A stretch of DNA of 64,000 bases from Salinivirgaceae bacterium (lineage in GTDB: Bacteria > Bacteroidota > Bacteroidia > Bacteroidales > SZUA-534), in the NCBI GenBank assembly GCA_016342715.1, contig JAEINW010000002.1:740-64739 (forward strand), written 5' to 3'. The position numbers and the translations under genes were made by a program. Positions 8,280-15,729 of the stretch are shown here, piece after piece (position 1 is the first letter of the stretch; each line of letters opens with the position of its first letter). The notes beneath the pieces were generated by a model. That model was not told the origin of the DNA and did no database searches. It saw nothing but the letters and a program-made list of their open reading frames with translations.

Positions 8280-10529
8280 TTATAGTTCTTCAGGGATTGT
8301 TAATATTATTTCTGTTCCATTTTTTTTGTTTGATATAATATCCAGTTTAATATGTTGTCGCTTTTGCGAATTTATTAAATTGATTCTATCTCTGCAGCTT
8401 TTTAATCCAAATCCAGATGAATGGTTTTCATCAAAACCATTGCCATTGTCTTTAATTGAAATTCTTATTTTATCTGTCAATCTCGTTATATTTAATTCTA
8501 TTTTACCATTTACATTGCCAGCAATACCATGAATTATTGCATTCTCAATAAATGGTTGTGATAGTAATCCAGGAATTTCAGTATTATATAAATCAATTTG
8601 CTTGTCAGTATTAATTTCGAATTTGAAGTTATGACGTAAGGCTTCCAGTTCAATATATTCGGTAATAAAGTCAATTTCTTCTTTTAGTGTAATGCTTTCT
8701 TTTTCTGAGTATTCCAATAAATTTCTCATTAAACGGGCAAATTTGCTTAAATATATATTTGCTTGTTCAGTATCGGAATTATTAATGAAACTTTGTATAG
8801 AATTTAAGGAGTTAAATAAAAAATGCGGATTTAGTTGGGCTCGAATAGCTTTAAGCTCTGATTTTAATTGATTTTGTTTGTTTATTAGTTTTTTTTGCGT
8901 GAAAAACTTAAATAAAACTAAAATTCCCATTAGAATAACAAGGCCTAAAAGAGCAAAAAATATAAGCTTACTATTCAATTTAAAGAAACTTTTTGCTTTA
9001 GTGAACATATTATACTTTTCAGCAAGCAGTTCTGGAATTAGTTTTTCAGCTTCTGAAATTTTATCACTTAGCAATCTGATCGTTCCATCTTTTGCAATAA
9101 GATAAAAAGCATTGCTGTTTTTATAATTATACGATTCAATATTTGAGAGGAACTTATTTGCATCAACAATATAATTGAAAATACTGGTATCTTTTCTTTC
9201 TGCAGTGTGATTAGAAGCATTGGTACATACCAATTGAAGTCCTTTTTTTGCAAACTTGTTTTTTAAAATTTTTAGTTTTTTATAATTTTTTTCAAAAACA
9301 GAGAAATTGTAATCAGAAATCAAAACTACGGAGCCTTTTTTATCTGATATTTTTACGTTTTTATTTGTATGATTTTTAAATGCCAATTCGGGCGCTATAT
9401 TATTTGGAAGCGTGCTTTTTCTTTTTTCTATTTTTTTTGTCAGAATGTTTTGCTCAGCTGTATTTGGGAAGTTGCTTGCAAAATAATTGTAGTCAACAAT
9501 TGCACTAGAGTACGTACTTACATTGGATAATTTAAAATCTATTTTATTAAATAGGTAATACTTTAAAATGTCTCCTGAAAATACGGTTTTTGAAAGGTCA
9601 AAGTTTTTTAAATTACTCTCAGGACTATCCAATCCGGTAACTATTCGGTTTATGTATTCTAAATACGATTCTAGAAACGATCTGAATTCTTTAGAGATAA
9701 GGTATTCCGATTTAAGTTCAAGGGTATCCATAAATGAATATAACTCTCGAGCTATTTGGCGGTTTTTAATAATATTTGGTTTTTCAGTATATAATGATGC
9801 TCTGATAAGGGCATGCTTTTGTACTAAACTTTTAAAAGTGATGTCATATAGTAGTTTGTTATAAGTATTTTTAGAAAGAGTATCATTTATTGATAACAGC
9901 AATTGTTTTTGCTCACTAAGTAGCTTATCTTCGAAAGATAAGGCTTCAGAAATAGATAATTTGAATGATTTATCAGAAAAGCTATTTACTTTTATGTCAA
10001 ATCCTACAAACTGATTGTTAAATCCACATTTTCCTGAATATGTAACACTCCCAGCATACGATTTAAAATCGGTATTGTAATCTAATATAATGTGCAAGCT
10101 ATCTCTTGGTTCGAGAAAAATTTTGTGCGCATTTAGTAAATATTTTCCTTCTTGTAGAGTTACATATTTATGAGTCATGTTAGTTCCTTCTCCAAAAATA
10201 CCTGTATACGAATACACTATGTAAGATGGAAAAATGTGCTTTCCGACTTCGGTAGAAAAAGAAACTAAAAACTCTGAAAATTCTTGCAAATATATTTTTC
10301 CAGAAAAAGTCATGGTACTTGTATCAATAATAATATACTGATATTTTGCTGTATCAATAGGCCATTGCTTTGTAATTTCAATTGTTTGGGGTATATAGTC
10401 AGGGTAAAACTCTTTATTGAGTATTATTTTACCCGATATGCTTGCATATTTTGGCGAATTTTGTCCGATTAAGGATAATGAAATAATAACCAGAATTAAT
10501 TGAAGTGAAAATGATTTCATAGGTTTCAA
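8280..10529 (-). CDS. LytS/YehU-type sensor histidine kinase with a large (~520 aa) periplasmic domain
   Basis: Signal peptide, single TM about aa 521-545, H-box 'LNPHFLFNSLNSIQSFI', ATPase 'GNGFDENHSSGFGLKSCRDRI'. Confidence 0.85.
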   Translation of the reverse strand: MKPMKSFSLQLILVIISLSLIGQNSPKYASISGKIILNKEFYPDYIPQTIEITKQWPIDTAKYQYIIIDTSTMTFSGKIYLQEFSEFLVSFSTEVGKHIFPSYIVYSYTGIFGEGTNMTHKYVTLQEGKYLLNAHKIFLEPRDSLHIILDYNTDFKSYAGSVTYSGKCGFNNQFVGFDIKVNSFSDKSFKLSISEALSFEDKLLSEQKQLLLSINDTLSKNTYNKLLYDITFKSLVQKHALIRASLYTEKPNIIKNRQIARELYSFMDTLELKSEYLISKEFRSFLESYLEYINRIVTGLDSPESNLKNFDLSKTVFSGDILKYYLFNKIDFKLSNVSTYSSAIVDYNYFASNFPNTAEQNILTKKIEKRKSTLPNNIAPELAFKNHTNKNVKISDKKGSVVLISDYNFSVFEKNYKKLKILKNKFAKKGLQLVCTNASNHTAERKDTSIFNYIVDANKFLSNIESYNYKNSNAFYLIAKDGTIRLLSDKISEAEKLIPELLAEKYNMFTKAKSFFKLNSKLIFFALLGLVILMGILVLFKFFTQKKLINKQNQLKSELKAIRAQLNPHFLFNSLNSIQSFINNSDTEQANIYLSKFARLMRNLLEYSEKESITLKEEIDFITEYIELEALRHNFKFEINTDKQIDLYNTEIPGLLSQPFIENAIIHGIAGNVNGKIELNITRLTDKIRISIKDNGNGFDENHSSGFGLKSCRDRINLINSQKRQHIKLDIISNKKNGTEIILTIPEEL

Positions 10530-10713
10530 ATTTATTTATAATTATTAATGTTTTTATTCAAATATTGAATTAACATTTTGTTGTTGCAATAGTGTAATAG
10601 TAAAATGTTCTTTTGCACTAGTAAGTGGTTATTTTCAGAAAGGATTTAATAATTCATTGTAGGCACTTGTAAGTTAAGCTTGTAAATCTTATATTACAAG
10701 TAAACGATTTGCT

Positions 10714-12657
10714 ATGCCAATAATTAAAAATATATTCTTTTTTTTGGTTGCTTTTTTATGGATAGTCTTAGGTAGTTTTCAGGTTGCTAAATACTTTCAA
10801 AAAATTAAACTGCCTTTAATAACCGGATTTTTAATTTCTGGTATAATTGTGGGTCCTTTTTTTTTAAAATTAGTATCGGTTGAAGCATTACCAAATCTTA
10901 AAATGATAAATGAATTTTCATTGGCATATATTGCTTTTGCGGCCGGTGTCGAGCTGTATTTAAAGGAGATTAAAAGTAGTCTTAGGAGTATTCTATGGAA
11001 TACATTTGGTCAATTAGTTATTACTTTTGCGGTAGCTGTCGTTTCAATTCTACTGATAGCGCCATATATCCCATTTTTGGCCAATTTATCGCAAAATAAT
11101 GTTATTGCTATTGCCATATTAACAGCAACAATTTTTGTGGCTCGTTCCCCTTCTTCTGCAATTGCTGTAATTAATGAAATGAGAGCTAAGGGTCGGTTTA
11201 CAAAAACAGCCATTAGTGTTACGGTTATTAAAGATGTATTGGTTATTTTACTTTTTGCCATTTGTTTATCAATTGCTAATACTTTGGTAAAAGGAATTGA
11301 ATTTCAAAAGTTATTTATTCTCGAGTTAGTTATAGAATTATCGGCAACATTTGTAATAGGTATTGCTCTGTCATATCTTTTAAGATTTGTTTTTTCAATT
11401 AAATTAAATTCCATAATAAAAACCATTCTTCTTTTAGTTTTTGGATATTTAATTTATCCCCTATCTCATTATATTCATCATATTAGTGAAGTTTACCTGC
11501 CATTTGATATATTGATAGAGCCTCTGCTAGTTTGTATTACAGCTAGTTTTATTATTGTAAACTACTCAAATTCAAGAATTGAATTCCAAGCAAATATTGA
11601 AAAAGTAGGACCAGCTATTTATGCGACATTTTTTACTTTGGCTGGAGCAATGATGTCTCTTGATATATTAGCATATACCTGGAAAATAGCGCTGATATTC
11701 TTTTTTATTCGCTTAGTAGGAATGATGGCTGGGGCATGGTTAGGTAGTACTATTGCAGGAGATCCAAAATTGTTTCGTAAAATTGGGTGGATGCCTTATG
11801 TTACTCAAGCTGGTGTAGGATTAGCTCTTGTAATGGTTGTGTCGAATAGTTTTCCCGTATGGGGAAATGAGTTAGCTACAATAATTATTGCTGTTATTGT
11901 TTTAAATCAATTAGTTGGACCTCCTTTATTTAAATGGGCTCTTAAACGAGTTGGAGAAACTCATGTTCAAGCAAAAGATCATTATGAACACTCACATAAA
12001 GCATTAATATTTGGATATGAAAATCAATCGGTTGCTTTAACTCATGAATTAAAAAAACAAAGTTGGAAAATTTCTATTGCTACAAGAAAATTACCTGAAG
12101 AAGTTGAGCTGATTCCTGAAGTAGATTTTCACTTTATAAAAGATTTGCAAAGAAAAACTATGGAAAGTTTGCACTTAGGTGAATTTGACACTTTTGTTTT
12201 GCTTCGTTCTGATAAAGGAAATTATCAGATTTGTGAATGGATTTATGAAAACATTGGAAAGAAAGTAGTTATTGTGAGGCTGCATGAGCGAAAGAATTTA
12301 AAGAAATTTTATGAATTGGGGGCATTAGTTATTGATCCATCGACAGCATTTGTGAATTTATTACAACATTTTGTGCGCTCACCATTAGCAACATCGCTAC
12401 TTATGGGAATGGAGCCAGATAAGGACACGCTGGATGTAATTGTTGAAGATGAAAATTTATTTGGCGTTGCACTGAGAAATCTTCGCTTACCATCAGATAT
12501 TTTGGTACTTTCGGTTAAACGTAAAGGACAAATGATAATATCGCATGGCTATACCCGATTAAGAAAAAACGATGTACTAACGATGGTAGGCTCTATTGAA
12601 AGCCTAAAAAAGGTTAGTCTTCAATTTGAATCATTTGTTACAACTAACAGACATTGA
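10714..12657 (+). CDS. cation:proton antiporter (CPA family) with C-terminal RCK/TrkA-C regulatory domain
   Basis: About 12 hydrophobic helices ('LPLITGFLISGIIVGPFFL', 'FFIRLVGMMAGAWLG'). The C-terminal 'LDVIVEDENLFGVALRNLRLPSDILVLSVKRKGQMIISHGYTRLRKNDVLTMVG' is typical of TrkA_C. Confidence 0.8.
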   Translation: MPIIKNIFFFLVAFLWIVLGSFQVAKYFQKIKLPLITGFLISGIIVGPFFLKLVSVEALPNLKMINEFSLAYIAFAAGVELYLKEIKSSLRSILWNTFGQLVITFAVAVVSILLIAPYIPFLANLSQNNVIAIAILTATIFVARSPSSAIAVINEMRAKGRFTKTAISVTVIKDVLVILLFAICLSIANTLVKGIEFQKLFILELVIELSATFVIGIALSYLLRFVFSIKLNSIIKTILLLVFGYLIYPLSHYIHHISEVYLPFDILIEPLLVCITASFIIVNYSNSRIEFQANIEKVGPAIYATFFTLAGAMMSLDILAYTWKIALIFFFIRLVGMMAGAWLGSTIAGDPKLFRKIGWMPYVTQAGVGLALVMVVSNSFPVWGNELATIIIAVIVLNQLVGPPLFKWALKRVGETHVQAKDHYEHSHKALIFGYENQSVALTHELKKQSWKISIATRKLPEEVELIPEVDFHFIKDLQRKTMESLHLGEFDTFVLLRSDKGNYQICEWIYENIGKKVVIVRLHERKNLKKFYELGALVIDPSTAFVNLLQHFVRSPLATSLLMGMEPDKDTLDVIVEDENLFGVALRNLRLPSDILVLSVKRKGQMIISHGYTRLRKNDVLTMVGSIESLKKVSLQFESFVTTNRH

Positions 12658-12739
12658 CAATTATCTATTAACCTGAATTCGACATAAGAAACTTTAGCAC
12701 AGTGCTAATAATAAGATACATATACGATTTACAGCAATA

Positions 12740-12858
12740 GTATCAAGCCTGCCTGGCGGTAGGTAGGTAATCAGTTTCAAGTAGCAAGAATTATTTATGT
12801 ATTTTGTTTTGAATCTTGATACCTGTCTGCCGACAAGGCAGGCTTTGTACTTGATACA
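12740..12858. repeat. hairpin-module cluster (two CCTGCC-type hairpins bracketed by GTATCAAG / CTTGATAC x2)
   Basis: GTATCAAG at 12740-12747; CCTGCC-TGGC-GGTAGG at 12748-12763; CTTGATAC at 12815-12822; 7-bp stem at 12825-12831/12837-12843; CTTGATAC at 12850-12857. The minus strand reads ..GGCAGACAGGTATCAAGA.., resembling the hairpin-1/AGGTATCAAAA junction of the R elements. Confidence 0.45.
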
Positions 12859-13058
12859 TTAAGCCCGATTTTATAATAAACCGAATATTTGACATTTGTA
12901 ATGTATTTTATTTCGAACTGAGCTTATTACTATTTCTTATACTTTAATATCTAAAATTCTATTCACACATAATTACATTGCTTAATTTATTTAGTGTTTT
13001 TTAAAATCCTGCTCTTTTTTAAGTAGTTTTATTGTCTTTTCAAATTATATTTTAAATT

Positions 13059-13766
13059 ATGGTAAATCCTGAAATAAAAATTGCTCTGGTTGATGATGAA
13101 GAACTAGTTGTTAAATTATTAGATCAGTTTTTAACTGCTACTGGTGGTTTTAAGGTAGTTTTAACGGCTTTTGATGGCAGCGAATTTTTAGAAAAACTGA
13201 AGAATGGAAATGTAATACCTGACATTGCCTTAATTGATATGCGCATGAAAATCATGAATGGCATTGAAACAGTAACTGAATTAAAAAAAAATTTCCCTGA
13301 TATTAAGGTGATCACTTTATCTTCTCATTATGAAAATTCATTTATGGGCTATATGTTAAAGTTAGGGGTAAATGCATTTATTCCTAAAGGAATCTCACCA
13401 CAATTACTTTTAGAAGTAGTTCAATCGGTTTATGATAAAGGCTTTTATCTTTCCGAAGATCAGATTGAAATAATGAGAAATCAGATTTCGGCAAGTGCTC
13501 CACAACCCAAATTCACTAAAGAAGAAACGCTTTCAAAGAGAGAATTAGAAGTATTAGAATTAATCTGTCACCAATATTCAACCGCAGAAATTGCTGAAAA
13601 ACTTTTTATAACAAAAAGAACTGTAGAGGGACACCGAAATAATCTGTTTTTAAAAACGGGTGTAAAAAACATTGCGGGACTGGTTGTTTTTGCCGTTCAA
13701 AAACATTTAATTGATTTGAATGAATATAATTTAGAAACTACTGAAAAGTATAAGCTTGAAAAATAG
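13059..13766 (+). CDS. NarL/LuxR-family response regulator (REC + LuxR HTH), with no kinase gene adjacent
   Basis: 'IALVDDEELV', 'DIALIDMRMKIMNG', HTH 'LSKRELEVLELICHQYSTAEIAEKLFITKRTVEGHRNNLFLKTG'. Confidence 0.9.
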   Translation: MVNPEIKIALVDDEELVVKLLDQFLTATGGFKVVLTAFDGSEFLEKLKNGNVIPDIALIDMRMKIMNGIETVTELKKNFPDIKVITLSSHYENSFMGYMLKLGVNAFIPKGISPQLLLEVVQSVYDKGFYLSEDQIEIMRNQISASAPQPKFTKEETLSKRELEVLELICHQYSTAEIAEKLFITKRTVEGHRNNLFLKTGVKNIAGLVVFAVQKHLIDLNEYNLETTEKYKLEK

Positions 13767-13854
13767 AATGGCAATCTATTATAATGGTCTTTATTCATTC
13801 AAGTTTAAATACATTAAAAGTTAAGTCATATATTTTTAATATTTGAAGTAAAAA

Positions 13855-14010
13855 AAATGAACTACCTAGCTGCAGACGAGGTATCAAAATAGAAGAACTT
13901 TTGTTTTCTCGCAGCAAACTGCGGAGAACTTTTCTCATGAGCAAAGCGAACTATTCTCACGATCCCGAGAACTCGTGGAGAGTAATAATATGAACCCACA
14001 TTGTGGAATT
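13855..14010 (+). repeat. mosaic hairpin repeat, copy R2
   Basis: AAATGAACTACCTAG-CTGCAGA-CGAGGTATCAAAATAGAAGAACTTTTGTTTTCT-CGCAG-CAAA-CTGCG...TATGAACCCACATTGTGGAATT. Colinear with the reverse complement of 7410-7538. Confidence 0.65.
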
Positions 14011-14213
14011 CAATTTTTTAATGAGTGCATATTTATTATTTATGACAAGAAGCTTGATTTATTTTGGGTGATTACGTAGAAATACTTGTTTTTATATAAC
14101 CCGTATTTTTACGGGTATAATTCTAGTCAATTTTTGCAACCTTTGATCAAAGTAAAAGTATTTAAAATACACCCATGAAAAAAAAAGTTTAATTCGGGTA
14201 TTTAAACACATCC

Positions 14214-14246
14214 AAGGGAAAGCCTCTAAAGCTTTCCCTTTTTTTG
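14214..14246 (+). terminator. rho-independent terminator-like hairpin + T-run with no CDS directly upstream
   Basis: AAGGGAAAGC-CTCTAAA-GCTTTCCCTT followed by TTTTT. The nearest + strand CDS ends 450 nt upstream at 13766. Confidence 0.6.
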
Positions 14247-14345
14247 TATAACTTTTTGGCTAAAAAATTTAAAACCACCCTTAGCAGAAACATGATATTC
14301 AAATAATTTACAGAAAAATATATAATGTTGTTTTTATATATTCTA

Positions 14346-14490
14346 ATATCTAAGTTGAGCGATTGGAGCATAGCGAACAAGCGCTTTACTTAGAGTTAAC
14401 CCCGATGTAGAGATTGTAGTGTTTCACAAACAAAGTGCAGTGAAATACTTACAAGAACTAAATCGTGAGCGAGAATCGCTCAATTTGGGT
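14346..14490 (+). repeat. 145-bp block, copy 1, identical to 59201-59345; candidate structured small RNA
   Basis: A base-by-base comparison gives 145/145 identity in the same orientation. TATAAT lies 25 nt upstream (14321-14326). Several internal stems are present (see findings). Confidence 0.9.
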
Positions 14491-14856
14491 AATATACAAT
14501 TCGAGTATATAAAAATTTTGAAGTTGACTATCTGTGAGGCATCTACCTACCGGAAGGCAGGTTTCTCCAACTTAATTTTAGCTTATGCTGAAACTCCTGT
14601 CTGGCCGAGCAAACAAATTTTATTTATGAAACCCTATCCCGACCAAAGTCGGAATCACCCTTAAAATTCAGGGCAGAAAAAGAAAAACCCCAAAGCAAGC
14701 CTCGAAAAATTCTTTTAATTAAATAATGTTTGTGAAATTATACACGATACTTCAAAACTTGAAATAGAAAAATATTATTTAAATCAAATGTTGTATTTAT
14801 AAATTGAATTCAGCAGTGATTAAATAAACAAAGGATTAAGAATCCATTTTTCCAAC

Positions 14857-15549
14857 TTATCCAGTTTCACTAATTCTTTTTAAACGAGTGTAGTCTATAA
14901 TTTTTAAACTCTTGCCAGTAATTTGAATAATATTTTCAGATTTAAATTTCTTTAGCATTCTTACTACAGTTTCAGCACTAATGCCTGTCAATTCAGCTAT
15001 TTCTTTTCTTGTTAAATTTAAATCAAATTCATTGGTTTTAAATATTTTTTCAGCTAAACATAATAAAATATCAGCTAACCTTCCGTACGATTGTTTGTGA
15101 GTTAGACTAAAAAAACGGCCATTAATTTGTGCACTATTTTCTATCAAAATATCTATTATTTCTTTTGCAAATAGGTGATTTTGAAATAACAATTGCTTGA
15201 ATACGGTTATGTCTATTTGTCTAATTTCCGAATCTAAATAAGCCATCGCCGAATGTTGAAAAGTTTTATTTTTATCACTCACCGATGCTAGTCCCAGTAA
15301 ATTGCATGATGGAAGTATTTTTAACACTAATGTAGAAACCCCATCGTCGATAAATACTTTTACTAAACCCGATTCAATGTATAAAACATGCGAAGCCAAT
15401 CCACCTTGTTTACAAATAACCTCTCCTTTTGCAAAACTTATTTTAACTGAGTTTTTATATAGCAAATCTACTTCTGTTTCAGTTAGTGAACTGAAACACT
15501 TTTTTTCATAGGAACCAATAGTACAACTTGTGAATTTTTGTTTTTGCAT
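14857..15549 (-). CDS. Crp/Fnr-family transcriptional regulator
   Basis: cNMP-binding-like N-terminal domain ('VICKQGGLASHVLYIESGLVKV'). C-terminal HTH 'RKEIAELTGISAETVVRMLKKF'. Confidence 0.9.
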   Translation of the reverse strand: MQKQKFTSCTIGSYEKKCFSSLTETEVDLLYKNSVKISFAKGEVICKQGGLASHVLYIESGLVKVFIDDGVSTLVLKILPSCNLLGLASVSDKNKTFQHSAMAYLDSEIRQIDITVFKQLLFQNHLFAKEIIDILIENSAQINGRFFSLTHKQSYGRLADILLCLAEKIFKTNEFDLNLTRKEIAELTGISAETVVRMLKKFKSENIIQITGKSLKIIDYTRLKRISETG

Positions 15550-15598
15550 TTTAACTCTGCTAAATTTCTATACGAATATACAAAAAACATGTTATTAA

Positions 15599-15612
15599 TT
15601 GACATGTGTCAA
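15599..15612. promoter_or_regulatory. perfect Crp/Fnr-type palindrome TTGAC-ATGT-GTCAA in the divergent crp/fnr-cytochrome spacer
   Basis: TTGACATGTGTCAA. It has the half-site spacing of the FNR box TTGAT-N4-ATCAA. It lies 50 nt from the regulator start and 118 nt from the cytochrome start. Confidence 0.55.
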
Positions 15613-15729
15613 CCTTTTGCAAGTGAATAAAACAACTGCCACATGGGTGCATGACAGGATCTTTCCCTTTGTAACCCCAATGAAATAAGCAAACTTTATA
15701 AAAAAAAACAAATTAATATACTTGAAAAC

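Noticed and set aside
14346-14490. The 145-bp block as a retron msr/msd RNA, because its terminal inverted repeats TTGAGCGATT/AATCGCTCAA resemble a1/a2.
   Set aside because: No reverse-transcriptase ORF follows either copy, and none is present anywhere in the window. Retron ncRNAs lie immediately upstream of their RT gene.
14419-14664. The 81-aa ORF on the + strand (and the 63-aa ORF 14189-14380 on the minus strand) in the non-coding island.
   Set aside because: Both start with non-ATG codons inside the 145-bp repeat. In copy 2 the corresponding frames diverge and stop soon after the repeat ends (about 43 codons). The sequence is low-complexity with no motif. They are most likely chance ORFs.
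14833-14851. GGATT-AAG-AATCC + TTTTT next to the crp/fnr stop codon, considered as a terminator.
   Set aside because: The stem is only 5 bp with a 3-nt loop, which is too weak to call. It is kept only as a possible 3' boundary for a transcript from the 145-bp block.
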